In this document: piece by piece, positions 1-15,000 of the stretch
How positions within the stretch are numbered: the stretch's first letter is position 1
Layout: each line of letters starts with the position of its first letter
Assembly: GCF_009914755.1 (NCBI RefSeq)
Contig: NC_060929.1
DNA length: 64,000 bases
DNA from: the human T2T-CHM13v2.0 reference genome, Homo sapiens
Reading direction: 5' to 3' (one strand)
Position numbers and translations under genes: made by a program
Notes under the pieces: model-generated
The model's input: the letters and a program-made list of their open reading frames with translations, nothing else
Told to the model about the DNA's origin: nothing
Database searches by the model: none

Positions 1-3000
1 GTTGATAAGTTTGGAAAGACTGTTTTTGTGGAATCTGCGATGGGATATTTGGAAGTGCATTGAAACCTATGGTGATAAAAGATACATCTTCAGATAAAAA
101 ACACAAAGAAGAATTTTGAGAAACCACTTGGTGATGTGTGCATTCATCTCACCGAGTTAAACTTTTCTTTTGACTGAGCAGTTTGGAAAAACTGTTTTTG
201 CAAAATCTGTGAATCAATATTAGGCAGTGCAAAAAGCCTATGGTGTAAAAGGAAATATCTTCAGATAAAAACTGTTAAGAAGTGTTATGAGAATCTGCTT
301 TCTGATGCTTCTGTTTATCTCAGACATAAGTTCTTCTTTTGATGGAACAGTTTGAAAACTCTGTTTTTGTACAATCTGCAAAGGGATATTTGGGAGTGCA
401 CTGAAGTGTATGGTGAAAAAGAAAAGGTCTTCAGAGAAGAACTACACATAGGCTTTCTGAGAAATTGCTCCATGATGAGTGCATTCATCTTACAGAGTTA
501 AACCTTTCTTTTGATAGAGCAATTTGGAAACACTGGTTTTGTAGAATCTACAAAAGGATATTTGTGAGTGCATTGAAGTCCACAATGAAAAAGAAAATAT
601 CTTCGGATAAAAACTAGAAAGATGCTTTTTAAGAAACTTCTTGGTGATGCATGCATGCGTCTCACAGAGTAAATCTTCTTTTGTGACACAGCAGTTTGGA
701 AACTGTGTGTTTTTGTAATCTGTCAAGCAACGTTGTGTAGCGCAAAAAGGCCTATGGTGAACAAGGAAATATCTTCAGATAAAAACTGGAAAGAAGCGTT
801 GTGAGAAACTGCTTTCTGATGTGTGCATTTATCTCACAGCATTAAATCCTTCTTTTGGTATAACAGTTCAGAAACACTGTTTTTGTAGAATCTGTGAAGG
901 GATATTTGGGAGTGCATTGAGGCCTACGGTGGAAAAGGAAATATCTTCAGAGAAGAGCTAGACAGAAGGTGTCTGACAAACTGCTTTGGGATGTGTGCAT
1001 TCATTTCACAGAGTTAAAACTTTCTTTTGATTGAGTGGTTTGGAAATGCTGTTTTTGTAGAATCTGCAAAGGGATATTTGTGAGCGCACTGAGGCCTTGG
1101 TGAAAAAGGAAATATCATCTTTGGATAAAAACTAGAAAGAAGGTTTTTGAAGAATTGCTTTGTGATATGTGCATTCATCTCAGAGAGTGAAACCTTTCCT
1201 TTGATAGAGAAGTTTGGAAGCACTGTTTTTGCACAACATACAATGTGATATTTTGTAATGCAAATAAGCCTATGCTGAAAAAGGAAATGTCTTCAGATAA
1301 AAACTGGAAAGAAGCTTTCTGAGACACTGATTTGTGATGCATGCATTCATTTAACAGGATTAAATCTTTCCTTTGATGGAGCCATTTTGAAAAACCCTTT
1401 TGGCAGAAACTGTGAAGAGTTACTTGTGAGTGCATTGAGGCCTATGGTGAAAAAGGAAATATCTCCATACAAAAACTAGAAAGTATCTTTCTGAGAAACT
1501 GCTTTCTGATTTGTGCATTCATTTAGCAGAGTTAAAACTTTCTTTTGATTCAGCACTTTGGAAACACTGTTTTGGTATAATCTGCCAAGGGATATTTGAT
1601 ATCACACTGGCCCTGCCAATGGATATTTGATATCACACTGACCCACTGGTTAAAAATGAAATAACTTCAGTTAACAACTAAAAAGAAGCTTTCTGAAATA
1701 CCGCTTTGTGATGTTTGATTTCTTCCCATGGAGTTAAAATTTTCTATTGAATAAGCAGTTTGGAAACACTGTTTTTGTAAAATCTGCAAAGGGATATTTG
1801 GGAGTGCACTGATGCCTATGGTGAAAAAGGAAATATCTTCGCATAAAAAAACGAGTGAGAAGCTTTTTGAGAAATGGCTTTGTGATGTATGTATTCATCT
1901 CACAATGTTAAACTTTTCTTTTGAGTGAGCAGTTTGGAAACACTGTTTTTATAAAATCTGTGAAGGTATGTTAAGTAGCATAAAAAGTCCTAAGGTGAAG
2001 AAGAAAATATCTTCAGGTAAAAACTGGAAATAAGCTTTATGAGAAACTGCTTTCTGATGTGTGCGTTCACCTCACAGAGTTAAATATTTCTTTTGAAAGA
2101 AGAATTCATGAAAACTGTTATGATAGAAACTGGGAAGGGATATTTGGGAGGGAATTGCAGCCTAGGATGGAAAAGGAACTATCTTCAGAGAAGAACTAGA
2201 CAGAAGTTATCTGAGATACTGATTTGTGATGTGTGCATTTATTTCAGGGGGTTAAAATTCCTTTTGATTGAGCAGTTTGGAAACAGTGCTTTTGTAGAAT
2301 CTGCAAAGTTATAATTGGGAGCACCATGAGGCCTATGGTGAATAAGGAAATATCTTAGCATAAAAACTTCAAAGAACCTTTATGAGAAACGGCTTTGTGA
2401 TATGTGTGTTCAACCCACAGAGTTAAACCTTGTTTTTTGATTGAGCAGTTTGGAAACACTGTTTGTGTAGAATCTGCGATGGGATATTTGGGATCACACT
2501 GAAGCCTGTGGTGATAAAGATATATATTTGAGTTAAAACTAGAAACAAGATTATTGAGAAGCTGCTTTGTGATGTGTGCATTCAACTCATAGAGTTAAAG
2601 CTCTCTTTTGACTAAGCAGTTTGGAAACACTGTTTTTGCAAAATCTGCAAAGTGATATTCGGCTGTGCAAAAAAAGCCTATGGTGAAAAAGGAAATATCT
2701 TCAGACAAAAACTGGAAAGAAACGTTATGAGAAACTGCTTTCTGATGTGAGCATTCCTGTCACAGAGTTAAGTCCTTCCTTTGATAGAACAGTTTGGAAT
2801 CAATATTTTTGTGTAATCTGTGAAGCGATGTTAGGTAACTCAAAAAGGCCTATGGTGAACAAGGAAATATCTTCAGATAAAAAATGGAAAGAATTGCTAT
2901 GAGAAACTGCTTTCTGATGTGTCCGTTCATCTCACAGACTTAAATCCACCTTTTAATGCAACAATTCAGGAACACTGTTTTTATAGAATCTAGAAGGGAT

Positions 3001-6000
3001 ATTTAGCAGCACACTGAGGCCTAAGTTGGAAGAGGAAATATCTTGAGAAGACATAGACAAAAGCTATAAGAGAAATTGATTTTGATGTGTACATTCGTGC
3101 CATAGAGTTAAACCTTTTTTTTGATAGAGCAGTTTGGAGACACTGTTTTTGTAGAATCTGCAAAGTTGTATTAGGGAGTGCACTGAAGCTTATGGTGAAA
3201 AAGGAAATAAATTCGGATAAAAACTAGAAGGAGTCTTTTTGAGAAGCTGCATTCATCTCCCATAGTTAAACCTTTCTTTTGAGAGAGTAGTTTGGAGACA
3301 GTGTTTTTGCAAAACCTGCGAAGGGATATTAGGTAGCACAAAAAAGCCTATGGTGAAAAAGTGCATATCTTGAGATAAAGAATGGAAAGAAGAATTATGA
3401 GAAACCACTTTCTGATGTGTGCATTCATCTCACGGAGTTAAATCCTTCTTTTCATGGAACAGTTTGTAAACACTGTTTTTGTAGATTCTAAGGGAAATTT
3501 GGGAGCCCATTGAGGCATATGGTGGAAAAGGAAATATCTTCACAGAAGAACTAGACAGAAGCTTTCTTTCAACCTGCTTTGTGATATGTGCATTCATCTC
3601 AAAGAGTTAAACGTTTCTTTGATTGAGCAGTTTGGAACACTGTTTTTGTAGAATCTGCAAAGGGATATTTGGGAGCACATTGAAGCCTACAGTGAAAACA
3701 GAAATATCTTCAGATAAAAAAACTAAAAATAACCTTTTTGAGAGGCTGCTTTGTGATTTGCACATTCATCTCACAGAGGTAAACCTTTCTTTTCACTGAG
3801 CAATTTGGAAACACTGTTTTGTAGAACCTGTGAAGAGATATTTTGGAGCACATGAGGCCTTTGGTGAAAAAGAAAATAACTTCAGAACAAGCTAGAAAGA
3901 AGCATTTTGAGAAACTGCTTCATACAGTGTGCATTCTTCTCACAGAGATAAACGTTTATTTTGATTGAGCAGTTTGGAAACACTCTTTTTGTAGAATCTA
4001 GAAAGGGATATTTGGAAGTGCACTGATGCCTATGATGAAAAAGGAAATATCTTCGGATAAAAACTATAAAGAAGCTTTTTGAAAAACTGTTTTGTGCTGT
4101 ATGCATTCATCTCACAGAGTTAAACTTTTCTTTTGAGTGAGCAGTTTGGAAACACTGCTTTTGTACAATCTCTGAAGCAATGTTAGGTAGCCCAAAAAGG
4201 CCTGTGGTGAACAAGGAAATATCTTCAGATAAAAACGAGAAAAAAGCAATATAAGAGACTGTTTTCTGATTTGTGCATTCATCTCACATAGTTAAATCCT
4301 TGTTTTGATGGAACTGTTGGGAAACACTGTTTTTATAGGGTCTGCAAAGGGATATTGGAGAGCATATTGAGGCTTAAGGTGCAAGATGAAGTATCTTCAG
4401 AGAACTAGATAGAAGCCATCTGAGAAACTGCTTTGTGAGTGTGCATTCATCTCACAGAGATAAACCTTTCCTTTGATTAAGCAGTTTGGAAAAACTGTGT
4501 AGGTGGAAACTGCAAAGGGATATTTGGGAGCACGCTGAGGCCTATGGTGAAAAAGGAAATACCTTTGGATAAAAACTAGAAAGAAGCTTTTTGAGAAGCT
4601 GCTTTGTAATTTATTCTTTCATCTCACAGAGTTAAAACTTTCTTTTGATTGAATAGTTTGGAAAAACTGTTTTCATAGAAACTGCCAAGAGATAATTGGG
4701 AGCACTTTGAAGCTTATAATGAAAAAGGAAATGTCTTTGGATAAAAACTAGAAAGAAGGTTTGTGAGAAACTCCTTTGTGATGTGGGCATTCATCTCACA
4801 GAAATAAACCTTTATTTTGATTGATCAGTTTGGAAACACTCTTTTTGTACAATATGCTAAAGGATATTTGGGAGCATACGAGGATTACGGTGAAAAAGGA
4901 AATAACTTCAGATAAAAACTAGAAAAAAGCTTTCTGAGGAACCACTTTGTGATGTTTGCATTCTTCTCACAGAGTTAAACGTTTCTTTTGATTGAGAACC
5001 TTGTAAACACTGTTTTTCTAGAATCTGCAAAGGGATACTTGGGAGCACACTGATGCCTATGTTAAAAAAGAAAATATCTTTGGATCAAAACTAAAAAGGA
5101 GCTTTTTCAGAAACTACTTTTTGATGTATGCATTCTTCTCACAGAATTAAACTGTTCTTTTGACTGAGCAATTTGGAAACACTGTTTCTGTATAATCTGT
5201 GATGCGATGTTAGGTCATGCAAAAAGGCATTGTGTGCACAAGGAAATATCTTCAGATAAAAACTGGAAAGAAGCATTATGAGAAAATGCTTTCTAACAGA
5301 GTTAAATCCTTTTGATGGAAGAGTTCAGAAACACTGTTTTTATAGAATCTGCAAAGGGATATTTGGGAGGGCATTGAGGCTTCTGTTGGAAAAGAAAATA
5401 TCTTCAGAGAAGAACTAGACAGAAACTATCTGAGAAATGGTTTTGTGATGTGTGTATTCATCTCACAGAATTAAAACTTCCTTTTTAATGAGTAGTTTGG
5501 AACACGGTTTTTGTAGAATCTGCAAAGGTATATTTGGGAGCACACTGAGGCCCATGATGAAATATGAATTGCCTTCATATAAAAACTAGAAAGAAGCTTT
5601 TTGGGAAACTGTTTGTGAAATGTCTGTTCAACTCATGGTGTTAAACCTGTTTTTAGATGGAGCATTTCAGAAACACTGTAGAATCTACAATGGGATATTT
5701 AGGATTCCATTGAAATCTATGGCGATAAAGGAATTCTCTGAAAAAAACTAGAAAGAAGCTTTTTGAGAAACTGCTTTTTGATATGTGCTCTAATCTCACA
5801 GAGTTAAAGCTCTCTTTTCACTGAGTAGTTTGGAAACACTATTTTTGCAAAATCTGTGAAGCGATATTAAGTAGTGCAAAAATGTCTGTGGTGAACTATG
5901 AAATATCTTCAGATAAAAATTAGAATGAAGCATTATGAGAAACTGCTTACTGATGTGTGCTTTCCTCACACACTGTTAATTCCTTCTTTGATGGAACAGT

Positions 6001-9000
6001 TTGGAAACACAATTTTTATAGAATCTTCAAAGGGATAATTTGGAGCACATTTAAGCCTATGAAGGAAAAGGAAATATATTCAGAGAAGACCCAAAAAGAA
6101 GCTTCTGAGACACTCCCTTGTGATGTGTGCATTCAGCTAACAAAGTTAAGCCTTTCTTTTGATTAGGCAGTTTGGAAATACTGCTTTCTATAATCTGTGA
6201 AGGGATATATGGGAGCACATTGAAGCCTCTGGTGAAAAAGGAAATATCTTCTGATAAATACTAGAAAGGAGTTTGTGAGAAACTGCATTGTGATGTGTGC
6301 ATCCACCTCACAGAGTTAAAACACGGTTTCATTGATCAGTTTGGGATAAATGTTTTGGTAGAATCTGCAAAGTGATATTCGGGAGTGCGTGAGACCTACG
6401 GTGAAAAAGGAAATAACTTCAGCTAAAAACTAGAAAGAAGCTTTTGAAGAAACCGCTTTGTGATGTGTGCATTCTTCTCACAGAGTTAAGCGTTTCTTTT
6501 CATTGAGCAGTTTGGTCAAACTGTTTTTGTAGAATCTGCAATGGGATATTTGGGAGCACACTAATGCCTATTCTGCAAAAGAAATATCTTCTGATAAAAA
6601 CTAGAAAGAAGCTCTAAGAGAAACTGCTTTGTAATATATGCATTCATTTCACAGAGTTAAACTTTTCTATTAACTGAACACTTTGGAAACACTATTTTTG
6701 TATAATGTGTGAATTGATGTTTGGTATCGTGAAAAGGCCTATGGTTAACAAGGAAATATGTTCAGATAAAAACTGGAAAAAAGCATTATGAGAAGCTGCT
6801 TTCTGATGTGTGCATTCATCTCACAGAGTTAAATCCTTGTTTTCAAGGAACTGTTCAGAAGCACTTTTTTTTTTACAGAATCTGTGAAGAGATATCTGAG
6901 ATTGCATTGAGGCCTACGGTGGAAAAGGAAATATCTTCAGAGAAGAACTAGACAGAAACTATCTGAGAAACTCCCTTGTGATGTGTGCCTTCATCCCATA
7001 CAGTTAAACCATTCTTTTGATTGAGCAGTTTGGAAACACTGTTTTTTTTAGAATTTGCAAAAGTATATTTGGTAACACCATGAGGCCTATGAGGAAAAGG
7101 AAATATCTTCAGATAAAAACTAGAAAGTACCATTTTTGAGAAACTACTTTGTGAAGTGTGCATTCAACTCACAGAGTTAACCCTCTTTTTTGATTGTGCA
7201 GTTTGGAAACAGTGTTATTGTAGAAACTGATACGGGATATTTGGGAGTGAATTGAAGCCTAAGATAATGAAGGAAATACCTTCAGAGAAGAACCTCACAG
7301 AAGATTTCTGAGTAACTGCTTTGTGATGTGTGCATTCATCAAACAGAGTTAAACCTTTCTTTTGGTTGAACAGTTGGGAAACACTGTTTTTGTAGAATCT
7401 GCAAAGGGATATTTGGGAGGCATTGAAGCCTAAGGTGAAAAAGGAAATATCTTCAGATAAAAACTGGAAAGAATCATTATGAGTAACTGCTTTCTGATGA
7501 GTGTGTCTGTCTCTTAGAGTTAAGTCTTTCTTTTGATGGAACAGTTTGGAAACACTGCTTTTGTAGAATCTGTGAAGGAACAATTGTGAGTGCACTGAGG
7601 TCTAGGGTGGAACATTAAATATCTTAAGAGAAGAACTAAAGAGAAGCTTTATGAGAAGCTGCTTTGTGATATGTGCATTCATCTCACAGAGTTAAATCTG
7701 TTGTTTGATTGATCAGCTTGGAATCACTGCTTTTGTAGAATCTGAGAAGGGATATTTGGGAGTGCATGAGGCCTATTTTGAGAAAAGAAATAACTTCAGA
7801 TAAAAACTAGAAAAAATATTCTGAGAGAATGCTTTGTGATGTGTGCAATCTTCTCACAAAGTTAAAGGTTACATTTTATTGAGCAGTTTGGAAACACTCT
7901 TTTTGCATAATCTGCAAAGGGATATTTGGAAGCATGATGAGGCCTATGGTGTAAAAGGAAATATCTTCGGATAAAAACTAGAAAGAAGCTCTTTGAGAAA
8001 CTGCTTTGTGATATATGCGTTCATGTCAAGGAGTTGAACTTTTCTTTTTACTGAGCATTTTGGAAACACTGTTTTTGTATAATCAGTGCAGTGATGTTAG
8101 GTAGCAAAAAAGGCCTATTGTGAGTAAGGAAACATCTTCAGATACGTTAGAAGAAACTGCTTTCTGATGTGTGCATTAATCTCACAGAGTTAAATTCTAT
8201 TTAGATATTTTTATAGAATCTGAGAAGGAATATTTGGGAGTGCTTTGAGGCCTATTATGGTAATGGAAATACATTCACATAAAAACTAGACAGAAGCAAT
8301 CTGAGAAACTGCTTTTTGATGTGTGCATTCATCTCAGAGTTAAACATTTCTATTGATTGAACAGCTTGGAAACACTGTTTATGTAGAATCTGTGAAGGGA
8401 TATTTAGCAGAGCATTGAAGCCTAATGCAATAAAGGAAATATCTTTGGATTAAAAACTAGAAAGAAGCTTTTGGAGAAACTGTTTTGAGATTGTGCATTC
8501 ATCTCACAGAGCCAACCTTTCTTCTGATTGAGCAGTTTGGAAACCGTGTTTTTGTAGATTATACAAAGGTATATTTCAGAGCACACAGCCCTATGGTGAA
8601 AAAGGAAATATCATTGCATAAAAACTACAAAGAAGCTTTTTGAGAAACTGCTCTGTGATATTTGCATTGAACTCACAGAGTTAAACCCTTTCTTTTGACT
8701 GAGTAGTTTGGAAACATTCTTTCTGTAGAATCTGCCAAAGGATAATTGAGAGCACATTGAGGTCTATGGTGAAAAAGGAAGTATCATCAGAGAAGAAGTA
8801 GAAAGAAGGTCTCTGAGAATTTTTTTCTGATGTTTTCATTAATCTCACAGAGTTAAGCCTTTGCTTTCATTGAGCAGTTTGGAAACACTGTTTTTGTAGA
8901 ATCTGCAGTGGGACATTTGGGAGCTTAATGAATCCTATGGTGAAAAATGAAATATCTTCAGACAAAAAGTAGAAAGAAGCGTTTTGATCAACTGCTTTGT

Positions 9001-12000
9001 CATGTGTGCATTCATCTCAAAGAGTTAAACCTTTCTTTTGACTGAGCAGTTTGAAAACAGTGCTTTTACAATGTCTGCCAAGAAATATTAAGTAGTGCAA
9101 AAAGCCTATGGTGAACAAGGAAATATCTTGAGATAAAAATTGGAAAGAGGCTTCATGAGAAACTACTTTCTGATGTGTGCCTTCATCTCACAGAGTTCCT
9201 TCTTTTGATGGAACAATTTGGAAACACTGCTTTTGTAGAATCTGCAAAGGGACATTTTGCAGCACATTGAGACCTAGGTGGAAAAGGAAATATCTTCAGA
9301 GAAAAACTAGACAGAAGATTTCTGAGACATTGCTTTGGGATGTGTGCATTCATCTCACAGAGTTAAAACTTTCTTTTGACTGAGAAGTTAGGAAATGCTG
9401 TTTTTGTAGAATCTGTGAAGAGATATTTGGGAGTGCATTGAAGCCAATGGGGAAAAAGGAATTAACTACAGATAAAAACTAGAAATATACGTTTTGAGAA
9501 ACTGCTTTGTGATGTCTGCATTCATCTCACAGAGTTAAACCTTTCTTTTGATGGATCACTTTGGAAACACTGTTTCTGCAGAATCTGCAAAGGGATATTT
9601 ATAAGTGTAGGGAAATTTTTTTGTGCATTGAGGCCTGTTTTGAAAAAGAAAATATCTTCTGATAAAAACTAGAGAGAAGCTTTATGAGAAACTGCTCTGT
9701 GATGTGTGCATTCTTCTCCCAGATTTAAACCTATTAATTAAACAGTTTGGGAACACTCTTTTTGTAGAATCTGCAAAGGCATACTTGGTAGCACATGAAC
9801 TCTATCACGAAAAAGGAAATACCTTCAGATAAAAACTAGAAGGAATTTTTTTGAGGAACTGCTTTTTTGTGTATGCATTCATCTCAGAGAGTTAAACTTG
9901 TTTTTGATTGAATAGCTTGGAAACACTCTTTTTGTAGAATCTGCAAAGGGATATTTGGGAGTGCATTTAAGCATATGGTGAAAAGAAAATATATTCAGAT
10001 GAAAACTAGAAAGAAGCTTTTTGAGAAACTACTTTGTTATGTAGGCATTTATGTCACAGAGTTAATCTTTTCTATTCATTGAGCAGTTTGGAAACACTGT
10101 TTTTGCATAATCTGCAAAATGATGTAAGTTAGTGCAAAAAGGCCTGTGGTGAACAAGGAAATATCTTCAGATAAAAGCTGGAAAGAATCATTATGAGAAA
10201 CTGCTTTCTGACGTGTGCATTCATCTCACAGAGTTAAATCCTTTTTTGTTGGAAAAATTCAGAAACTTTTTTTTTGTAGAATCTGCAAAGGTATATTTGG
10301 GAGTGCATTGAGGACCTTTGTGGAAAGGAAAATTCGTCAGAGAAGAATTAGACAGAAGCTTTCTGAGAAACAGCTTTCTGATGTGTTCATTATTCTCACA
10401 GAGTTAAACCTTTCTTTTGATTGAGCAATTTGGAACCGCTGATTTTGTAGAATCTGCAAAGTGATATTTGGCAGTGCTTTGAAGCCTCTGCAGAAAAAGG
10501 AAATATATTCGGATAAAAACTGGAAAGAAGCATTATGAGAAACTGCTTCCTGGTTTGTTCATTCATCTCACAGAATTAAGTCCTTCTTTTCATGGAACAG
10601 TTTGGAAACACTGTTTTGTAGAGACTGCAAAGTGATAATTGGGAGCTCATTGAGGTCTATGGCAGAAAATTAAATATCTTCAGGGAAGAACTAGACAGAA
10701 GCTTTCTGAGAAACTGCTTTGTTAGTGTGCATTCTTCTCACAGAGTTAATTCTGCTTTTGATTTATCAGTTTGGAAAGACTGCTTTTGTAGAATCTGTGA
10801 AGGGATATCTGGGAGTGAACGAGGCCTATCTTGAAAAAGGACATGACTTCAGGTAAAAACTAGAAGGACGCTATATGTGAAACTAGTTTGTGATGTGTGC
10901 AATCTTTTCACAGAGTTAAATGTACCTTTGATTGAGCCGTTTGGAAACACAGTTTTTGTAGTATCTGCAATGCTCTATTTGGGAATGCCCTGAGGCCTAT
11001 TGGGAAAAAGGAAATATCTTCAGATAAAAGCTAGAAAGAAGCTTTTTGAGAAACTGCTTTGTGATACATATGTTCACCTCACAGAGTTAAACTTTTCTTT
11101 TGATTGAGCATTTTGGAAACACTGCTTTTGTACAATCTTCGAAGCAATGTTATTTTTTGTCCAAAACCTATGGTGAACAAGGAAATATCTTCAGATAAAA
11201 ACTGGAAAGAAGCGTTATGAGAAACTGCTTTCTATTGTGTGTGTTCACCTCAGAGAGTTAAGTCCTTCTTTTCACGGAACAGTTTGGAAACACTGCTTTT
11301 TGTAGAATCTGCAATGGGATATTGAGGAGCTCATTAAGGTCTATGGTGGAAAACGAAATATCTTCAGAGAAGAACTAGACAGTAGCTCCCTAAAAAACTG
11401 CTTTGTCTTGTGTGCCTTCATCTCACAGATTTAAACCTTTCTTTTGCTAGAGCAGTTTGGAAACACTGTTTTTGTAGAATCTGTGGAGGGATATTTGGGA
11501 GCGCATGAGGTCTATGGTGAAAAATGATATAACGTCAGATAAAAAGTAGAAAGAATTTTTCTGAGAAACCACTTTGAGAAGTGTGCATTCTTCTCAGAGA
11601 GTTAAGATTTTCTTTTGGTTGGGCAGTTTGGAAACACTATGTAGCTGTAGAATCTGCAAAGGGATACTTGGAAGAGCACTGATTTCTATGGTGAAAAAGG
11701 GAAAGTCTTAAGATGAAAAGTAGAAACAAATTTTTGAGAAACTGCTTTGTGATTTATGCCTTCAGCTCACAGAGTTGTATCCTTTTTTTGATGGAACAGT
11801 TTGGAAACAGTGTTTTTATAGAATCTGCGAAGGTACATTTGGGAGCACATAGAGGCTTATGTTGTAAAAGGAAATATCTTCAGAGAAGAAGTAGACAGAA
11901 ACTATCTGAGAAACTGCTTTGTTATGTGTTCCTTCATCTCACATAATTAAACCTTTCTTTTGATTGAGCAGTGTGGAAATACTGTTTTTGTAGAACCTGC

Positions 12001-15000
12001 AAAGGGATATTTGGGAGCACATGGAAGCCTATGGGGAAAAAGGAAATATGTTTGGATCAAAACTAGAAAGAGGGTATATGAGAAACTGTTTTGTGATGTG
12101 TGCTTTCATCTCATAGTGTTAAGTCTTTCTTTTAATTAATCAGTTTGGAAACACTCTTTTTGTAGAATCTGCCAAGGAATATTTGCGAGTACAAGAGGCC
12201 TATGGTAAAAAATGATATAATATCAGATAAAGAGTAGAAATAATTTTTCTGAGAAACTGCTTTGAGAAGTGTGTATTCTTCACAGAGAGGTAAAATTTTC
12301 ATTTGATTGGGCAGTTTGGAAAAACTATTTAGTTGTAGAATCTGCAAAGTGATAATTGGGAGAGCACTGATTCCTGTGGTGAAAAAGGGAAAGTCTTCAG
12401 ATGAAGAGTAAAAAGAAGTTTTTGAGAAACTGCTTTGTTATTTATGTGTTCAGCTCACAGAGTTTAATCATTCTTTTGATGGAACAGTTCAGAAACATTG
12501 TTTTCATAGAATCTGCAAAGGCATATTTGGGAGTGCATAGAGGCTTATGGTATAAAAGGAGATATCTTCAGAGAAGAAGTAGACAGAAACTATCTGAGAT
12601 ATTGCTTTGCTGTGTTCATCCATCTCACAGAATTAAACCTTTCTTTTGATTGAGCAGTTTGGAAACACTGTTTTTGTAGAATCTGCAAAGGGATATTTGG
12701 GAGCACAGTGAGGCCTATGGTGAAAAAGGAAGTATCATCAGATAAAAGCTAGAAAGAAGTTTGTGAGATATTGTTTTGTGATGTGTTCATTCAACATAGA
12801 GAGGTAAACCTGTTTGTTGACTTAACAATTCGGAAATACTGTTTTTCTAGAATCTATGAAGGGATATTTGGGAGTGCCCAAGGCCAATGGTGAAAAAGGA
12901 AATAACTTCAGATAAAAATTAGAAAGAAGATTTCTGAGAAACTGCTTTGTGATGAATGCATTCTTCTCACAGAGTTAAGTCCTTCTTTTGATGGAACAGT
13001 TTGAAAACACTGTTTAGGGGGAAACTGTGAAGGGATATTTGGGAGTGCACTGAGGCCTGTGGTGGAAAAGGTTATATCTTGAGAGAACTAGACAGAAGCT
13101 TTCTGAGAAACTGCTTTGTGATATGTGCCTTCAACTCACAGAGTTAAAACAGTTTTTTGATTCAGCAGTTGGGAAACTGTTTTTGTAGAATCTGTGTTGG
13201 TATAATTTGGAGAACATTGCATCCTCTGGTGATAAGGAAATAGCTTCAAATAAAAACTAGAAAGAAGCTTTTTGAGAAACTGCTTTGTGATGTGTGCATT
13301 CATCTCACAGAGTTAAAATTTCTGTTGATAGAGGAGTTAGAAAACACTGTTTTTGTAGAATCTGCAATGGGATATTTGGGAATGCATTGAAGCCTGTGGT
13401 GATAAAGGACATACCTTCATATAAAAACAAGAAGGAAGTTTTTGAAAAACTTCTTTGTGGTGTGTGGATTCTTTTCACAGAGTTAAAGCTTTCTTTGGAT
13501 GGAGCAGTTTGGAAACACTGTTTTTGCAAAATTTGTGAAGCAATATTTGGTAGCACAAAAGAGTCTATGGTGAAAAAGGAAATATCTTCAGTTAAAAAGT
13601 GGAAAGCATCGTTATGAGAAACTGCTTTTTGATGTGTGCATTTACTACATAGAGTTAAATCCCTTTTTGATGGAATGGTTTGGAAACAGTTTTTGTAGCA
13701 TCTGTGAAGTGGTATTAGGGAGCACATAGAATCTTATTTTGAAAAGGAAATATCTTAGGATAAAAACTAGAAAGAAGCTTTTTGAGAAACTGCTTTCTGA
13801 TGTGTGCATTCATCTCACAGAGTTAAACCTTTCTTTTGACAGAGCAGTTTGGAAAACTGTTTTTGTATAATCTGCGAAGTGATATTAGGTAGCACAAAAA
13901 GCTTATGGTGAAAAAGGAAATATCTTCAGATAAAAACTGGAAAGAAGCTTTCTGAGACCCTAATTTGTGATGTGCACATACATTTCACAGTATTAAATCT
14001 TTCCTTTGATTGAGCCCTTTAGAAACACCCTTTCAGCAGAATCTGTGAAGAGTTATTTGGGAGTGGATTGAGGCCTAGAGTGAAAAAGGAAATACGTCCA
14101 GATAAAAAGCAGAAAGAAGCTTTCTGAGAAACTAACTTGTGATGTTTGCATTCGTCTGACAGAGTTAAACCTTTCTTTTGATTGAGCAGTTTAGAAAAAC
14201 TGTTTTGGTAGAATCTGCAGAGGGATATTTGGGAGTGCACTGAAGCCTATGGTGAAAAACGATTTAAATTCAGATAAAAACTACAAATAACCTGAAAAAC
14301 CGCTTTGTGATTTGTGCATTCTTTTAACAGATTTAAACCTTTCTTTTGATTGATCAGTTAGGAAACACTGTTTTTGTAGAATCTGCAATTGGATACTTGA
14401 AAGAACAGTCAGGCCAATGGTGAAAAAGGAAATATCTTTGGATAAAATCTAGAAAGAAGCTTTTTGAGAAACTGCTTTGTGATGTGTACATTCATCTCAC
14501 AGACTTTAACTTTTCATTAGACTGAGAAGTTTGGAAACACTGTTTTTGTATAATCTGTGAAACAATATTTGGAAGCTCAAAAAAGCCAATGGTGTAAAAG
14601 GAAATATCTTCAGAAAAAAATGGAAAGAAGCATTATGAGAAACCAGTTTTGATGTGTGCGTTCATCTCACATAGTTAAGAAATTATTTTAATGGAACTGT
14701 TTGGAAACAGTGTTCTGTAGAATCTGTAAAGGGATATTTGGGAGCCCATTGAGGTGAAAGGTAGAAAAGGAAATATCTTCAGAGAACTAGACAAAAGCTT
14801 TTTGAGAAACTGCATTGTGATGTGTGCATTCATCTCACAGAGTTCAACCTTTCTTTGAGCAGTTTGGAAACACAATTTTTGTAGAATCTGCAAAGGGATA
14901 TTTAGGAGCACATTGAACCCAATAGTGAAAACAGAAATATCTTTGGATGAAAACCAGAAAGAAGCTTTATGAGAAACTCCTTTGTGAAACGTGTATTCAT

